Of a stretch of 64,000 nucleotides of DNA, positions 1-12,260 are shown piece by piece; positions within the stretch are counted from its first letter, which is position 1, and each line of letters starts with the position of its first letter. The stretch covers positions 9,333,804 through 9,397,803 of the forward strand of contig NC_057719.1 in NCBI RefSeq assembly GCF_004010195.1, in the 5' to 3' direction. The notes under the pieces are model-generated. The model saw only the letters and a list, made by a program, of their open reading frames with translations, searched no databases and was not told where the DNA came from. Source of the DNA: Chiloscyllium plagiosum. Lineage: Eukaryota. A program made the translations under genes and the position numbers.

Positions 1-375
1 AACAGTTTCCTCATTTCCCGTTCCCCCACCTCATCCTAGCTTCTAACCTCCAGAAACTCGCTCCCCTGACCTGTCCGGACTTGTCCGACCTGCCCAGCTC
101 CTTTTCCACCTATCCACTCCACCCTCTCCTCCCTGACCTATCACCTTCATCTCCTTCCCCACTGACCTATTGTACTCTATGCCACTCTCTCCCACCCCCC
201 CCCTCCTCTAGCTTATCTCTCCACGCTTCAGTCTCTCTGCCTTTATTCCTGATGAAGGGCTTTTGCCCGAAACGTCGATTTTGCCTGTCTTCGGATGCTG
301 CCTGAATTGCTGTGCTCTTCCAGCACCACTGATCCAGAATCTGGTTTCCAGCATCTGCAGTCATTGTTTTTACCT
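1..375 (+). mobile_element. Penelope-like element 3' end with terminal repeat (family A)
   Basis: Pyrimidine-rich 3' region ending in cctgatgaagggcttttgcccgaaacgtcga...ccagcatctgcagtc. The same terminus follows the GIY-YIG fragment at 1739-2401. Confidence 0.85.
245..280 (+). ncRNA. Minimal type-I hammerhead ribozyme motif (family A, intact core)
   Basis: CTGATGA 249-255, A, stem II GGGC-TTTT-GCCC, GAAA 269-272, CGTC 273-276. Short stem I tc/ga. Confidence 0.75.
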
Positions 376-1059
376 CAAATGGGTTAATGGCCTATTCCTG
401 TTTATTTGTCTTATGGTCTTATGAGGTAATTATATCTTGCAATTGGTCACCCCAATCTTTCCAATCATTCGCATGATCTTTCCTAAAACATCTCTAACTT
501 CCCTGACCACCATCCTCTATTACCTTTCCTCAGTCTCTGATTGCTTTCTCCCAATGCCATGGATACCCCCAGAGGTCTCCAGTATCTTCTATATCCCAGG
601 CCATGAATATGCCTTCCAAATCATCCCAAATCCCAATCCTCATGGCCACCTATCCATTCCTCTCCACTCACCCACCCACACTACCCCACCAACTTAATGC
701 CCACCTCTGCCTGAGACCTACACCCACAACTCTTACCCCCTCCCCTGTATCCAGCATTCAACACCATGCTTACTCCCACCCCAGGACCTACAATTCCCAT
801 GTCTCCAACAACCCTCACCACACCATGAAAGCTCAGACATCCCAGAACCTGAGGCTTCTGATCCCAGTCAGAATTTCCTTCCCTGTCCTCTCACCAACCC
901 ATCTGCACTTAACTCCAGCTTCAGTCGTGATGGTCCACTCCCGGGGGAGATCTCTGACCTTTCCACGCACCTCTGCAATTTAATCCCTTTTAAGTACTTC
1001 AATGGTGACCTGTTTACAAGAGTGAGGTAGGATCTCTTAGCAAAATGTTAAATTGCAGC

Positions 1060-1372
1060 AAGTCCAGACACAGTGACCACAGGAAGGCTGTTCCCAGTGA
1101 CTGGGGACTCCAGAATTGGGGTCACAGTTTTGGAATACAGCGTAGGCCTGAGATGAGGAGAGGCTTCTCACCCAGAGAGTGGGGAGTCTGAGGTATTCTC
1201 TGCCATAGAAAGTGGTTGAGGCCAAAATATTGAATGTTTTCAAGAACAATTAAGATACATTTCTTAGGGCTAATGGGATTAAAGGGTATGGGGAGAAAAT
1301 AGGAACAGGGCACTGAGTTGGTCATACTGAATGGCGGGGTAGGCTCGAAGGGCCAAATGGCGCACTCCTGCT
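1060..1372 (+). mobile_element. CR1-type LINE 3' fragment
   Basis: Typical CR1 3' sequence ending gaatggcggggtaggctcgaagggccaaatggc. Confidence 0.75.
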
Positions 1373-1465
1373 TTGTGTGTTTCACTGCACTCAGGCAGTT
1401 CACCTTGTTGCGTTGTAGCCTGGGTCCATGGATAGTGGCTAGAGAGGCTCCAATATCCTTTCCAT

Positions 1466-1724
1466 CACATGGCTCAGTGGATGGCACTGCTGCCTCACAG
1501 CCTTTGCCTGTGAATTTCTGTGTGGAGTTTGCACATTTTCCCCATTCCATCCCACAGTCCAAAGATGTGCAGGTTAGATGGATTGGCCACGTTAGATTGT
1601 CTGTAGTGTCCATGGATGTGCAGGCTAGGTGGGGTAGCCGTGCGAAATGCAGGTTTACAGGGATAGGGCAAGGGGGATAGGTCTGAGTGGGATGCTGTTC
1701 GGAGGGTTGGCATGGACTCAATGG
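1466..1724 (+). mobile_element. HE1-type V-SINE (tail resumes at 2416-2434 after a PLE insertion)
   Basis: tRNA-like head tggctcagtgg..gcactgctgcctcacag and core tgtgtggagtttgcacatt..cccacagtccaaagatgtgcagg. Confidence 0.85.
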
Positions 1725-1738
1725 GCCTAATAGTCTAA

Positions 1739-2401
1739 CTGCAACTAGGACAGGAGTCCCCAATGGTCCTCACCAGCCACCCCACCAACCTCCGTATGCA
1801 TCACATCATGCTCCGCCATATCCGCCACATACAAATGGACCCCATCACCAGAGATATATTTCCCTCCCTACCCCTATCCGCTTTCCGTAAAGACCGTTCC
1901 CTCCACGACTACCTCATCAGGTTCACGCCCCCCAACAACCCATCCTCCGCTCCGGGCACCTTCCCCTGCCACCACAGGAATTGCAAAACTGCGTCCACAC
2001 CTTCACCCTCACCTGCACCTGCACTTGCACACGTCATTTACTGTATCCGTTGCTCCTGATGCAGTCTCCTCCACACTGGGGATACAGGACGCTTACTCGC
2101 AAAACGCTTCAGAGACCATCTCCAACCAACCCCACCTGCGCCAACCAACCCCACTGCGTTGTGGTCAAACACTTCAACATCCCCTCCCTCTCTGTGAAGG
2201 ACATTCAGATCCTGGGCATCATCCCCAGCCCCACCCCCTCCCATTTATCTCTCCACCCCCGAAGCTCCCAGCCTCATTCCTGATGAGGGGCTTTTGCCCG
2301 AAACGCCGACTTTCCTGCTACTCGGATGCTGCCTGACCTGCTGTGCTTATCCAGCACCACACTCTCGACTCTAATCTCCAGCATCTGGAGTCCTCACTTT
2401 C
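1739..2401 (+). mobile_element. 5'-truncated Penelope-like retroelement: linker plus GIY-YIG remnant plus hammerhead terminus
   Basis: Translation ..DIFPSLPLSAFRKDRSL..PGTFPC..NCKT..VIYCIRCS and downstream HFN motif. Hammerhead core at 2280-2307 with GCC triplet. TSD gcctaatag(t/c)ctaa at 1725-1738 and 2402-2415. Confidence 0.85.
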
Positions 2402-3414
2402 GCCTAATAGCCTAAGTCCACACTGTCAGGATTTGTTGATGATGAACCTTTTTTTGGCCATCAAATGGGGAAGGTCTTGAATCCAGAGTGCCAGGCTGAC
2501 AGGTAGGAACATTACCCACTGGAGCACGAGACAGCTCTGTGCACATAAAATAAACAGTTTCAGGGGATTGCACTGTAGGCGTGTAGGGCAAGAGTAGGTT
2601 CCGAGCGACTAGTGATTAGGTCTTTCAATAAAAACTATCACAATCACGAAGGGTAAAATAACCTCCTATGGTCCCATAGAATTCTATCATCTGAGTAAAA
2701 TACTGTCACTGCACACTGCAATGTCATAAGTCACAGTGCTGCGCTCACTTTATCATTACATTTAGCAAAGATAAGCACACAGCAATCTCCTAAATATTTG
2801 AAGTTTTATGTTTTGGTTTATTTCTAAAGGATAAAATGAGTAAGGAGAAATTGCTGAAGTCATGAAACAGTTCTTAAATTGATTTTGAGCCTGCAATTTG
2901 CTATCCTCTGGAATTAATGGGATTTGGATTGTTGTTGACTCAATCAAACAGGGACTGCTCACAGATAAAGAGGCGGAGTACAGCCTTTATCGAGCTACAT
3001 TTACAAGTTGAGCAACAGATGACATTTCCCTGGAACTATTCCACAGTGGGCGGCCAGATCACAGGTTCAACCTTGAGCAAGAAACAAACGTCACAAAAGT
3101 GGTCCCTCTTCACACCCCAGGACGGTCATCACTTTGAGGAGAGGGGGGCATCTGCCAATGACTGCTGGGGGGTTCTGAGGTCCCAGAGACTCTGGGAACA
3201 AAAAGATGATTTGTGCTGAGGGGGGGAAACTGCCCACGATAACATGGGGTGTTTGAAAGGCCTTGGGGTCACAGCTAAAGGTGGGACGGCCAGGAAACTG
3301 GCAATGATGAGCAGTGTACAAGGTTGCTGGCATGTCCCCACCTCTGAATGTTTTGAGAAAAGCAGACTTGGGAAGTGGGGGTTGAAGCAAGGGTTGGTCA
3401 AGAGATGTTTGAGC

Positions 3415-3677
3415 TTAGATTCCCTACAGTCCACACCGACCTTCTGAAGAGTAACCCACCCAGACCCATTTCCCTCAGACTAATGCACCTAACACTATGG
3501 GCAATTTAGCACGGCCAATTCACCTGACCGGCACATCTTTGGACTGTGGGAGGAAACCCACACAGGCACGGGGAGAATGTGCAAACTCCACACAGACAGT
3601 CGCCCAAGGCTGGAATCTAATCTGGGACCCTGGGGCTGTAAGACAACAGTGCTAACCACTGAGCCACTGTGCCGCCC
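3415..3677 (-). mobile_element. HE1-type V-SINE
   Basis: Reverse complement of HE1 head, core and tail. Confidence 0.9.
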
Positions 3678-4029
3678 AATGTCTAGTCTGATAAAGCCTA
3701 CGGAGGCAATGTTTTGTGGCCATCAGGACTTGTACAGAACCCTGCCAACACAAGGAGGCAGCTTCCTGATGGCACATACAGACTGGGTTGGAGGTGGGGG
3801 TGACGTGGGGAGGAGGAAGTGGTGGTATAGTCAGTGCTCTGACACCCTGTCACCCTAAACCTGCAGCTGATTCTTAGAGATGGTCATAGATACATCTGCT
3901 TTTTAAATTTAAAAAAAATCTTCAAAGGATGCTCCATCTGGAGGGGCCCTCTCTCTTATTGAAGGAGCAATCTCGAGGGGCTGAATGGCCACTACTATCC
4001 CTGAGTTTCAAAGCTACTTCCCTCAGTGT

Positions 4030-4186
4030 TAGATGTGGCTCAGTTGATTTCATGCTGGCCTCCGGATTAAGTGGTTTTGAGTTCAAGTCCCCTCCACTAC
4101 TTGAGCATAACAGTCCAAGTCTGGCATGACAGGGCAGTGTTGAGGGAGTGTGACACTGTCAGAGATATTATCTTTCAGGTGAGACC
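4030..4186 (+). mobile_element. DeuSINE/SacSINE1-like 5' fragment
   Basis: tRNA-like head (tggctcagttg..gagttcaagtcc) followed by gagggagtgtgacactgtcagag..ctttcaggtgagac. Confidence 0.55.
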
Positions 4187-4822
4187 AGGATCGCATCTGT
4201 GTTAACCAGTCGCCTCATCAAAAACTAGCCTCTGGATCCAGACACTGACATGCAGGGATTTGAACTTTCACTCTCTCCTTCACATAGGATTTTCAAGATG
4301 GACATTAGTCTCTCTGTGGAAATCTGCAAGGCTAGATTGTATCCATGGATCCTTTGCTGCACGACAGCCTTCTAGAAAGAATGAAAATAAGTCACTGGGG
4401 TGAAAAATAAGGGACCCTTATGTTAATACTGCCACCTTCTTAAGATTCAACTGACCAGAATCAATGAAGTCTGCATCTTCTAAGTGTCTGAATCAGGAGC
4501 ATACCTCAACTTTGCATTGGTGCATATTGCTGTTAAATGTTTGTCTGTAGACAGTTAGACATTCAAGAACATACAAGCTTGTAGCCATGTGACGGGATAG
4601 ATATGGTTCAAAAACCACAGACTGAGACATCCATCAACTCAATCCTGCACCACATGCATTGATTCCAGTATGGTAATTCTTTCTGATCCAACGTCACACG
4701 TTGAGTCACCGTGTTCAATTGAGACAGATGCATTCCCCTTCTTGATTTGTCTATGCCCCTCTTTGAACAGAACACACTTTATAGTACAGCCCCTCGGAGC
4801 ACTGAACGCATCCCAGAAGTTA

Positions 4823-5046
4823 TGATGTGGAGGTGCTGGTGTTGGACTGTGGTGGACAAAGTCAGAAGTCACATGACCACCAGGTTATAGTCCAGCAGGT
4901 TTATTTGAAATGACAAGCTTATGGAGTGCTGCTACTTTTTCAGCTGAAGTCGCTTCACCTGGAGAAGGAGCAGCGCTCTGAAAGCTTGTGTAATCGCAAA
5001 TAGACCTGCTGGACTATAACCTGGTGTCATGTGACTTCTGACTTGG
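4823..5046. mobile_element. Fold-back PLE terminal-repeat element (family B) with 12-bp TSD
   Basis: Inverted arms. TSD tcccagaagtta at 4811-4822 and 5047-5058. Degraded hammerhead cores flank the apex. Confidence 0.85.
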
Positions 5047-5539
5047 TCCCAGAAGTTAATTTATTCTTCAGTTCAAAGATTGAACTTGACTCCCACTCAG
5101 AACTTGCTGGGTAAAGATCCTCCACAAAGATTCCACAGGATTGAATGAAACATCACGATTGACTCACAGCACAACAGACGATGGAAGGAAGCCATCTGTG
5201 CTCGCTCTCTGAAAGAGTTAACTAGTTAGTCCCACAGCCCTGCTCTCATTCCCTTCGTCTGCCAATCCCCCTTTTCAAAGTTAGCAGTACATCTCTCTAA
5301 GAGGCCATATATTCCAGATCACTTTAGATAAATGTTTATTTTTAAGTAGTTTTTTTATGACATCAATTGGAAACATCTCAAAACATTTCAGATCCAGTAA
5401 TATGATTTGAAATGCAGTGACTTGCAACGCAGAGAAAGAAAAAAAAAACAATTGTCATTTTCACAGCACGAGATTGCACAATTATTAACTGAATGACAAG
5501 CTATTCCCTTTCCTGGGTGGTGGAGGGAGGAATTGAAAG

Positions 5540-6470
5540 AACATCAGAACAGGAGCAGGCCATTCAGCCTGCTGAGCCTGCTCTGCCATTCAATCAGATA
5601 ATGACTGGATCATCTCAACAGCACTTTCCAGCAGGATCTCAATGTCACCTGGCGTCATTTGGGTCCACAAATCTATCCATTTCTGAAATGAACCTTCACA
5701 GCTCTCCGGGGTGAGGGTGGGGGTGGTGGTGGTGGTGCTTGGTTAGCAAATCTGAACGATTCCACCATCCTCTGAGTGAAGAAATTCCTCCACATCTCAG
5801 TCTTAAATCTCATTAGATTCCCTACAGCGGCACGGTGGATCAGTGGTTAGCACTGCTGCCTCACAGCGCCAGGGACTTGGGTTTGATTCCACCCTCAGGC
5901 GACTGTCTGTGTGGAGTTTGCACATTCTCCCCGTGTCTGGGTGCTCTGGTTTCCTCTCACAATCCAAAGATGTGCAGGTTAGGTGAATTGGCTGTGCTAA
6001 ATTACCCATACTGTCCAGCGATGTGCAAGTTAGGTGCATTGGTCGGAGTAAATATAGGGGAATGGGTGGCTCTTTGCAGGGTTGATATGGACTTGTTGGG
6101 CTGAAGGGCCTGTTTCCACACTGTAGGGAATCTATGATTTCTAAATGGCCTGTCCCTTACTCTGATTTTAGATTCACTAGCCAAAGGAAACTTCCTACCC
6201 ACATGTGCCCTGTCATGTCTTGTAAGAATTTTGTACATTTCAGTGAGACCACCTCTCACTCTTTGAAAATCTAGCTACTGCAGGTTCAGTTTCTTCAACC
6301 TGTCCTCATAGGTCAAGGCCGTTACTACAGGGGTTTCTGCAGAATCTCCTTTGCACTCCCTCCACTGCATGTGCATGCTTCCTTCGGTAAGGGGACCATA
6401 ATTTTACAAAACATCCCAGGTGCAGTCTCAACATGGTTCCATCCAATTGTTGCAAGATGTCTTGACTCCA
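5540..6470 (-). mobile_element. CR1-type LINE 3' fragment interrupted by an HE1 SINE
   Basis: Minus translation MRGGLTEMYKIL..D. CR1 tail at 5540-5610. Confidence 0.7.
5826..6140 (+). mobile_element. HE1-type V-SINE
   Basis: Full head-core-tail ending ctgtagggaatcta. Confidence 0.9.
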
Positions 6471-6497
6471 GTGCATGCATTTCCTGGCAATACTTTT

Positions 6498-6794
6498 TTA
6501 GATTAGATTCCCTGCAGTGTGGAAACAGGCCCTTCGGCTCAACAAGGCCACACCGACCCACCAAGGAGTAACCATCCAGTCCCATTTCCCTCTGACTAGT
6601 GCACCTAACACTATGGGCAATTTATCATGGCCAATTCACCTGACCTGCACATCTTTGGACTGTGGGAGGAAACCCATGCAGACACGGGGAGAATGTGTAA
6701 ACTCCACACAGACAGTCGCCCAAGGCTGGAATCAAAGCTGGGATCCCTGGTGCTATGAGGCAGCAGTGCTGACCACTGAGCCACTGTGCCACCC
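6498..6794 (-). mobile_element. HE1-type V-SINE
   Basis: Full reverse copy with (ttaga)n tail. Confidence 0.9.
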
Positions 6795-7115
6795 TGGGCT
6801 ACTTACCTTCTGCCTTCCCAGTTTCTGGCTGACCTGACCTACACCACCCCTCCATCCCCACCCCCACATCAAACCTAAACAATGTAATCCTCTCCCCAAC
6901 TCTCACTCTATCCAAGAAATAACCCAGCAAACGGAGAGTCAGCTGCTCAGCGATGCTCAGGATAGTCCTCTCATAAAGCATCAAGGCAGATATTTTGTGG
7001 GCCTTAAAATCCACAACTTATCACCTCAGTGCAGAGAGTGAAGATAATACTCGATATAAACCAGCAAGATATCTGACTTAGGTCTGAGATGAGGGGGAAT
7101 TATTTTATTCAGAGA

Positions 7116-8580
7116 CTATAGGATATAGGAGCAAAGTCAGGTCATTCAGCCCATCTGTTCTGCTGTTCGATCATGTTTCTGAAGCCCATTCTCCTTGTAA
7201 CCTTTGATTCCCTTACCAATCAGGAACCTAACCATCTCTGTTTTGGCCTCCACACCCCACTGTAGCAATGAGTTCCAAGACTCACCCCACCCTCTGGCTG
7301 AAGAAATTCCTCATCTCAGTTCTAAATGGTCGTCCCTTCATTCTGAGGCTGCGTCCTCAGATCCTAGTCTCTTCCACTGATGGAAACATCTTCTCCACGT
7401 CCACTCGACCCAGGCCTCTCAGTATGCTGCACGTTTCAATCAGATCCCCCTTATCCTTTGAAACTCTATCAAGTACACTCCCAGAATCCTCAACTGCTCC
7501 TCATATGACAAGCACTTCATCCCTGCGATCATTCTTGTAAACCTCCTTCGGACACCCTCCAATACTAGCACATCATTCTTTCAATATGGGGCGTGAAACT
7601 GCTCTCAATTTTCCAAATATGGTTCAGCCAGAGCCTTACCCAATCTCTGCACTTATATTCTAGCCTTCCCAAAATGAATGCAACATTGTATTTGCCTTCC
7701 TAACTGCTCACTGAACCTGCAAGTCAACCTCATGAGAATCCTGAACCAGGATTCCCAAGTCCCTCTGTGCTTCAGATTTCCAAAGCCTTTTTCTATTTAC
7801 AAACTAGTCTGCACCTCTATTCTTCCTGCCAGAGTGCATAACTTTAGACTTTCCCACATTGTATTCCAAGTGCTACTTCTCTGCCCACTTTCCTCGCTTT
7901 TCCAAGGACTTTCTGCAGCCTCCCCGCTTCCTCACCAATACCTGCCCCTCCACTTATCTTTGTGTCATCTGCTAAATTAGCAACAACATCCTCAGTTCCT
8001 CCATCCAGACTGTTAACATATAATGTGAATAGTTGTGTTCCCAATACTGACCCCTGTGGAACTTCACTAGCCACTAGTTGCCATCGTGAAAAAGACCCCT
8101 TTATCCCCTGCCAGTCGGCCAATCCTCTATCAATGCCAGGACCTTACCCCTAACACTTATCTTATTTATCAGCCGTCCGTGCCACACTTTCTTAAAGACC
8201 TTCTGGAAATCCAAATAGATCACATCCACTGGCTCTCCTTTGTTTAATTTCCTCATTATCTCCTTAAATTGATCTCCTTCAAATTGATTTGTTAGGTTTG
8301 ACCTCCCCTTGACAAAGCCATGCTAATTCAGCCCTATTTTACCATGCACTTCCAAATATTTTGCAATCTCATCCTTAATGATGGACTCTAAAATCTTACA
8401 AAAACTGACGTCAGGCTGACTGGTCTATAGTTTCCATCTTCTGCCTCCCTCCCTTCTTAAACAAGTATGTTATATTGGTGATTTTCCAATACTCTGGATC
8501 CTCCCTGACTCCACGATTCGTGAAAGATCACCACCAATGCCTCTACAATTTTCTCAACTATCTACATCAGGACATTGGGG
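7116..8580 (-). mobile_element. CR1 LINE reverse transcriptase pseudogene fragment plus 3' end
   Basis: Minus translation VPQGSVLG..LFTLYVNSLD..LADDTK, and NYRPVSLTSV near 8405-8432. Confidence 0.9.
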
Positions 8581-8673
8581 TGCTGTCAGACCGAGGATCA
8601 TGAATACTCCTGGAATTTCTAATCCCAAAGAGCTGTAGAAGCTCAAACTTTGAGTATGCTTCAGGTCACAACT

Positions 8674-8773
8674 GAAAGACACAGAAATTGCTGGCAAAAC
8701 TCAGCAGGTCTGGCAGCAGCAGTGGGGGAAAAGCAGAGTTCATGTTTCGAGTCTAGTGACTCTTCATCAGAAC
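8674..8773 (-). mobile_element. PLE terminal repeat with hammerhead motif (family C-like)
   Basis: Minus strand gtt-CTGATGA-a-gagtc-acta-gactc-GAAA-catg-aac. Confidence 0.75.
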
Positions 8774-8885
8774 CCATTGGCTGTGCTAAAAACAATTCAG
8801 AGCAGAGTGGATTTGAATGTGGATTTGAATGTGGAGGTGGGTGAAAAACAGAAGGACAGAATCAGGCTCTAAAGTTATTGAATTT

Positions 8886-9222
8886 TATAGAATCTGTACA
8901 ACATGGAAGCTGGCCATTTGGCCCATCGAGTCCATGTGGGCCATCTGAAGAGCATCCCAGACAGACTCAGCTCCTTACTCTTTCCTGTGACCCTGCATTT
9001 CCCATGGCTAATCCACCTAACCTGCACATCCCTGGACACTATGGACAATTTAGCATGGCCAATCCACCTAATCAATGGGAAGAAACCAGAGCACCTGGAG
9101 GGAACCCATGCAGACACGGGGAGAATGTACAAACTCCATGTAGATAGCCACCTGATGGTGGAATCAAACCTGGCTCCCTGTTGCTGTGAGGCAGCAGCAC
9201 TAGCCACTGAGCCATCATGCTG
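8886..9222 (-). mobile_element. HE1-type V-SINE
   Basis: Reverse HE1 copy. Confidence 0.85.
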
Positions 9223-9624
9223 CTCTGTCTTGATGTTGAGTCCCAGAGGCTTCTGGATCCTCAAGCCTGGACCTAGCCTTCAATAATTTTAGAGTTCAAT
9301 AACTTTCGAGTAATAATGTTTGTTTAATGAGACAGTACTGGCATGATGGGCTGAAATTCCTCCTTCTGCATCAGCTGTAATTCTGTGAGTAGAGCCATTA
9401 TGTTCCCCTCTTACCTTTGACAGTCAGCCTACCTTTTGTCCTTCCATTTTTGACATCACTCATTGCAAACTCCCACACCTCATTCATTGCTCACTTTGCC
9501 TTTAAGACACCAGCGTCTCTCATGATAAGTGCTTCATCATTCCCCAAAGCTTTTACTTTCCTTAAAGGCCATGTCAAAGTTGGAAACCTCTCCCTCGCGA
9601 TGGCTCCTTCAATACCCTCTTAAA

Positions 9625-9908
9625 CCGTGGTGGCTCAGTGGTTAGTACTGCTGATTCACAGCACCAGAAACCCAGGTTCAATTCCAGCCTCAGGCGACCG
9701 TCTGTGTGGAATTTGCACATTCTCCCTGTGTCTGTGTGGGTTTCCTCTGGGTGCTGTGGTTTCCTCCCACAGTCCAAAGATGTGCAGGTCAGGTGAATTG
9801 GCCACGCTAAATTACCCACAGTGTTAGGTGCATTAGTCAGAGGGAAATGGGTCAGGTTGGGCCGAAGGGCCTGTTTCCACACTGTAGGGAATCTAACCAT
9901 CTAATCTA
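9625..9908 (+). mobile_element. HE1-type V-SINE
   Basis: Forward HE1 copy with an internal deletion. Confidence 0.9.
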
Positions 9909-10310
9909 AAACTCTTGACTGGTTACAAGAGAAAGTTCATGTGTAAGCAAAATCACATTTAGCTTTCTTGCCCAGCTTTCCTTTCTTCGTTTTATCAGGA
10001 ATATTATGATTTTTCCTCTTCCATTGCTTTTGTTTGTTTGAGTTTCCAAACCTACATTTACTCCGCAGCCCCCACCAACATCCTGAGCTGTCACAGCAGA
10101 ACTTAATCGCGATAATTTACCCAATTGCAGAAGTACAAATGAGTGCAACTCTTATATTTCCCCAGTTATACCTTACCCCTTACAATCCACAGATCTTCGA
10201 AACCCAAATCTGACATTGACAAATCATTATGGCCGAAATCATCCCAACTTTGATTTCAACCTCAAAATGACTGTTCACCCCAGTGTTTTGACTTAATTAT
10301 AGAGACACCG

Positions 10311-11047
10311 AGTCACAGAGCTATAGAACATGGAAACAGACACTTCAGTTCAACTTGCCCATTCCAATTAGATATCCTAAACGAATCTATTTATATTTGC
10401 CAGCATTTGGCCCATATCCCTCTAAACCCTTCCTATTCATATACCCATCCCGATGCCTTTTAAATGTTGTAATTGCACCAGCCTCCACCACTTCCTCTGG
10501 CAGCTCATTCCATACATACACCACCCTCTGTGTGAAAAATTTGCTCCTTCGGTCCCCTTTAAATCTTTCCCCCTCTCACCTTAAACCCAAGCCCTCTGGT
10601 TCTGGACTCCCGCACCCCAGGGGAAAAAAAACCTTTGTCTGTTTATCCTATCCATGCCCCTCATGATTTAATAAACCCTGATATGGTCACCCCTTAGCCT
10701 CCGACGCTCCAGGGAAAACAGCCCCAGCTTATTCAGCCTCACCCTATAGCACAAACCCTCCAACACTGGCAACATCCTTGTAAATCCTTTCCTAACCCTT
10801 TCAAGTTTCACAACATCCTTCCTCTAGCAGGGAGACCAGAATTGCAAGCAGTATTCCAAAAGTGGCCTCACCAATGTCCTGTACAGCTGCAACATGACCT
10901 ACTAACTCAATGCACTAACCAATAAAAGCAAGCATACCAACCACCTTCTTCACTATCCTGTCTACCTGCAACTCTATTTTCACAGAACTATGAACTTGCA
11001 CTCCAAGGTCTCTTTGTTCAGCAACATTCCTCAGAACCTTACCATTA
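10311..11047 (-). mobile_element. HER1/CR1 LINE 3' fragment
   Basis: Reverse of gtatggaatgagctgccagaggaagtggtggaggctgg and the ORF2 C-terminus. Confidence 0.85.
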
Positions 11048-12029
11048 TCTACCCCCTAAAACAATGGGTTCTATCTCCCGAAGGACAGAGATCATTACCA
11101 CACCGACATGAACTCAGGGTGTGGTGAATCTGTGGAATTCTCTATCACATGGAGGTCAAAGTCATTGAAAATACTCACCAGTGGGACAGATAGGGTTTCT
11201 TTATACAAAAGGAGCGAGGAGAGAGAGCAGGAGTATAGAGTTGATACTGAGGATCAGTCATCAAGCCATACAGCATGGTTGTTGAAGCTTCGGTCCAAAT
11301 TGTCTATGCCAATCATATTCCCAAACTGAACTAGCCCCCACCTGCCTGAATTTGGCCCATATCCTTCCAAACCTTTCCTATTCATGTACTTATCCAAATG
11401 CTATAGAGTCAAGATCACGTTAGATGGCAGCATCAGCCCAATGGTACAAATGGTTACTCCTGCTCCTATTTTCCATATTTCTGACCGTACTTCAAAATGT
11501 TTCCGAAGTCCTTTGGGCCAGCTCTAGATTGTGAAGAGCAATTGTTGCTTCGCTCTCCATTTCACCCATTGGTGCTCAGTAATTTCGATCCCGAGTTCGA
11601 GATTTTCAACCCAAATAGTTCTGAATGGTTCAATCTAAAATCCCGTTGGATATGGGCCCACGGCACAACATTGCCAATAACACAGCAGAAACTGCCATCA
11701 AATTGGCAGCTTCAGTCACAGACACAGTATTCCAGCCGACACTGGCAATGGAAAGTCACACTGATACTTTAAGAAGTGGCTGACTTAACTGCAATTAAGG
11801 GTCAATTTTGGGGAATGGGACATTGGTATGAAGAGCAATAGGAGCTTTTTGCACCCATAAACTGATGCAGAACAGCAACGGAAGCTGAGGCTAGTCCTAA
11901 ACAGATGTACACGTGCAATTGTTTGATACTAACCTATAGATAACACATTTTGAAAATATTCTGGGATTGTTGATGAGGACTGAGTAATCACTTATATTGT
12001 CTGACTTTAAAAATTCTTTCTGTCCTCTT

Positions 12030-12260
12030 ATAGAGTCATACAACATGGATATAGACCCTCCAGTCCAACCAGTCCATGCTGAACATTATCCCAAACTAAA
12101 CTAGTCCCACCTGCCTGCTCCTGGTCTATATCCCTCCAAAACTTTCCTATTGATGTACCTATCCAATTGTCTTTTAAACGTTGTAATTTTCATTCCACAC
12201 TCAAATCACCCTCTGTGTAAAAGATTTGCCCCTCGCGTCTTTTTAAATCTCTCTCCACTC
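12030..12260 (-). mobile_element. HER1/CR1 LINE 3' tail
   Basis: atagagtcatacaacatggatatagaccc... tail signature. Confidence 0.75.

Noticed and set aside
440..960. C/A-rich strand-skewed tract
   Set aside because: Low complexity, no periodicity or identifiable family.
1122..1763. 213-aa minus ORF and the many ORFs containing WPIHLTCTSLDCG
   Set aside because: Translations of HE1 SINE sequence, not genes.
3120..3840. G-rich segment around an HE1 copy, possibly an old element
   Set aside because: No diagnostic motif could be read.
4823..5046. MITE/DNA transposon interpretation of the inverted-repeat elements
   Set aside because: Arms are asymmetric, TSD lengths vary, and the family A, C and D termini occur singly on PLE-like bodies.
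8807..8834. gtggatttgaat tandem; similar short duplications at 22681-22713 and 29928-29957
   Set aside because: Ordinary slippage duplications.
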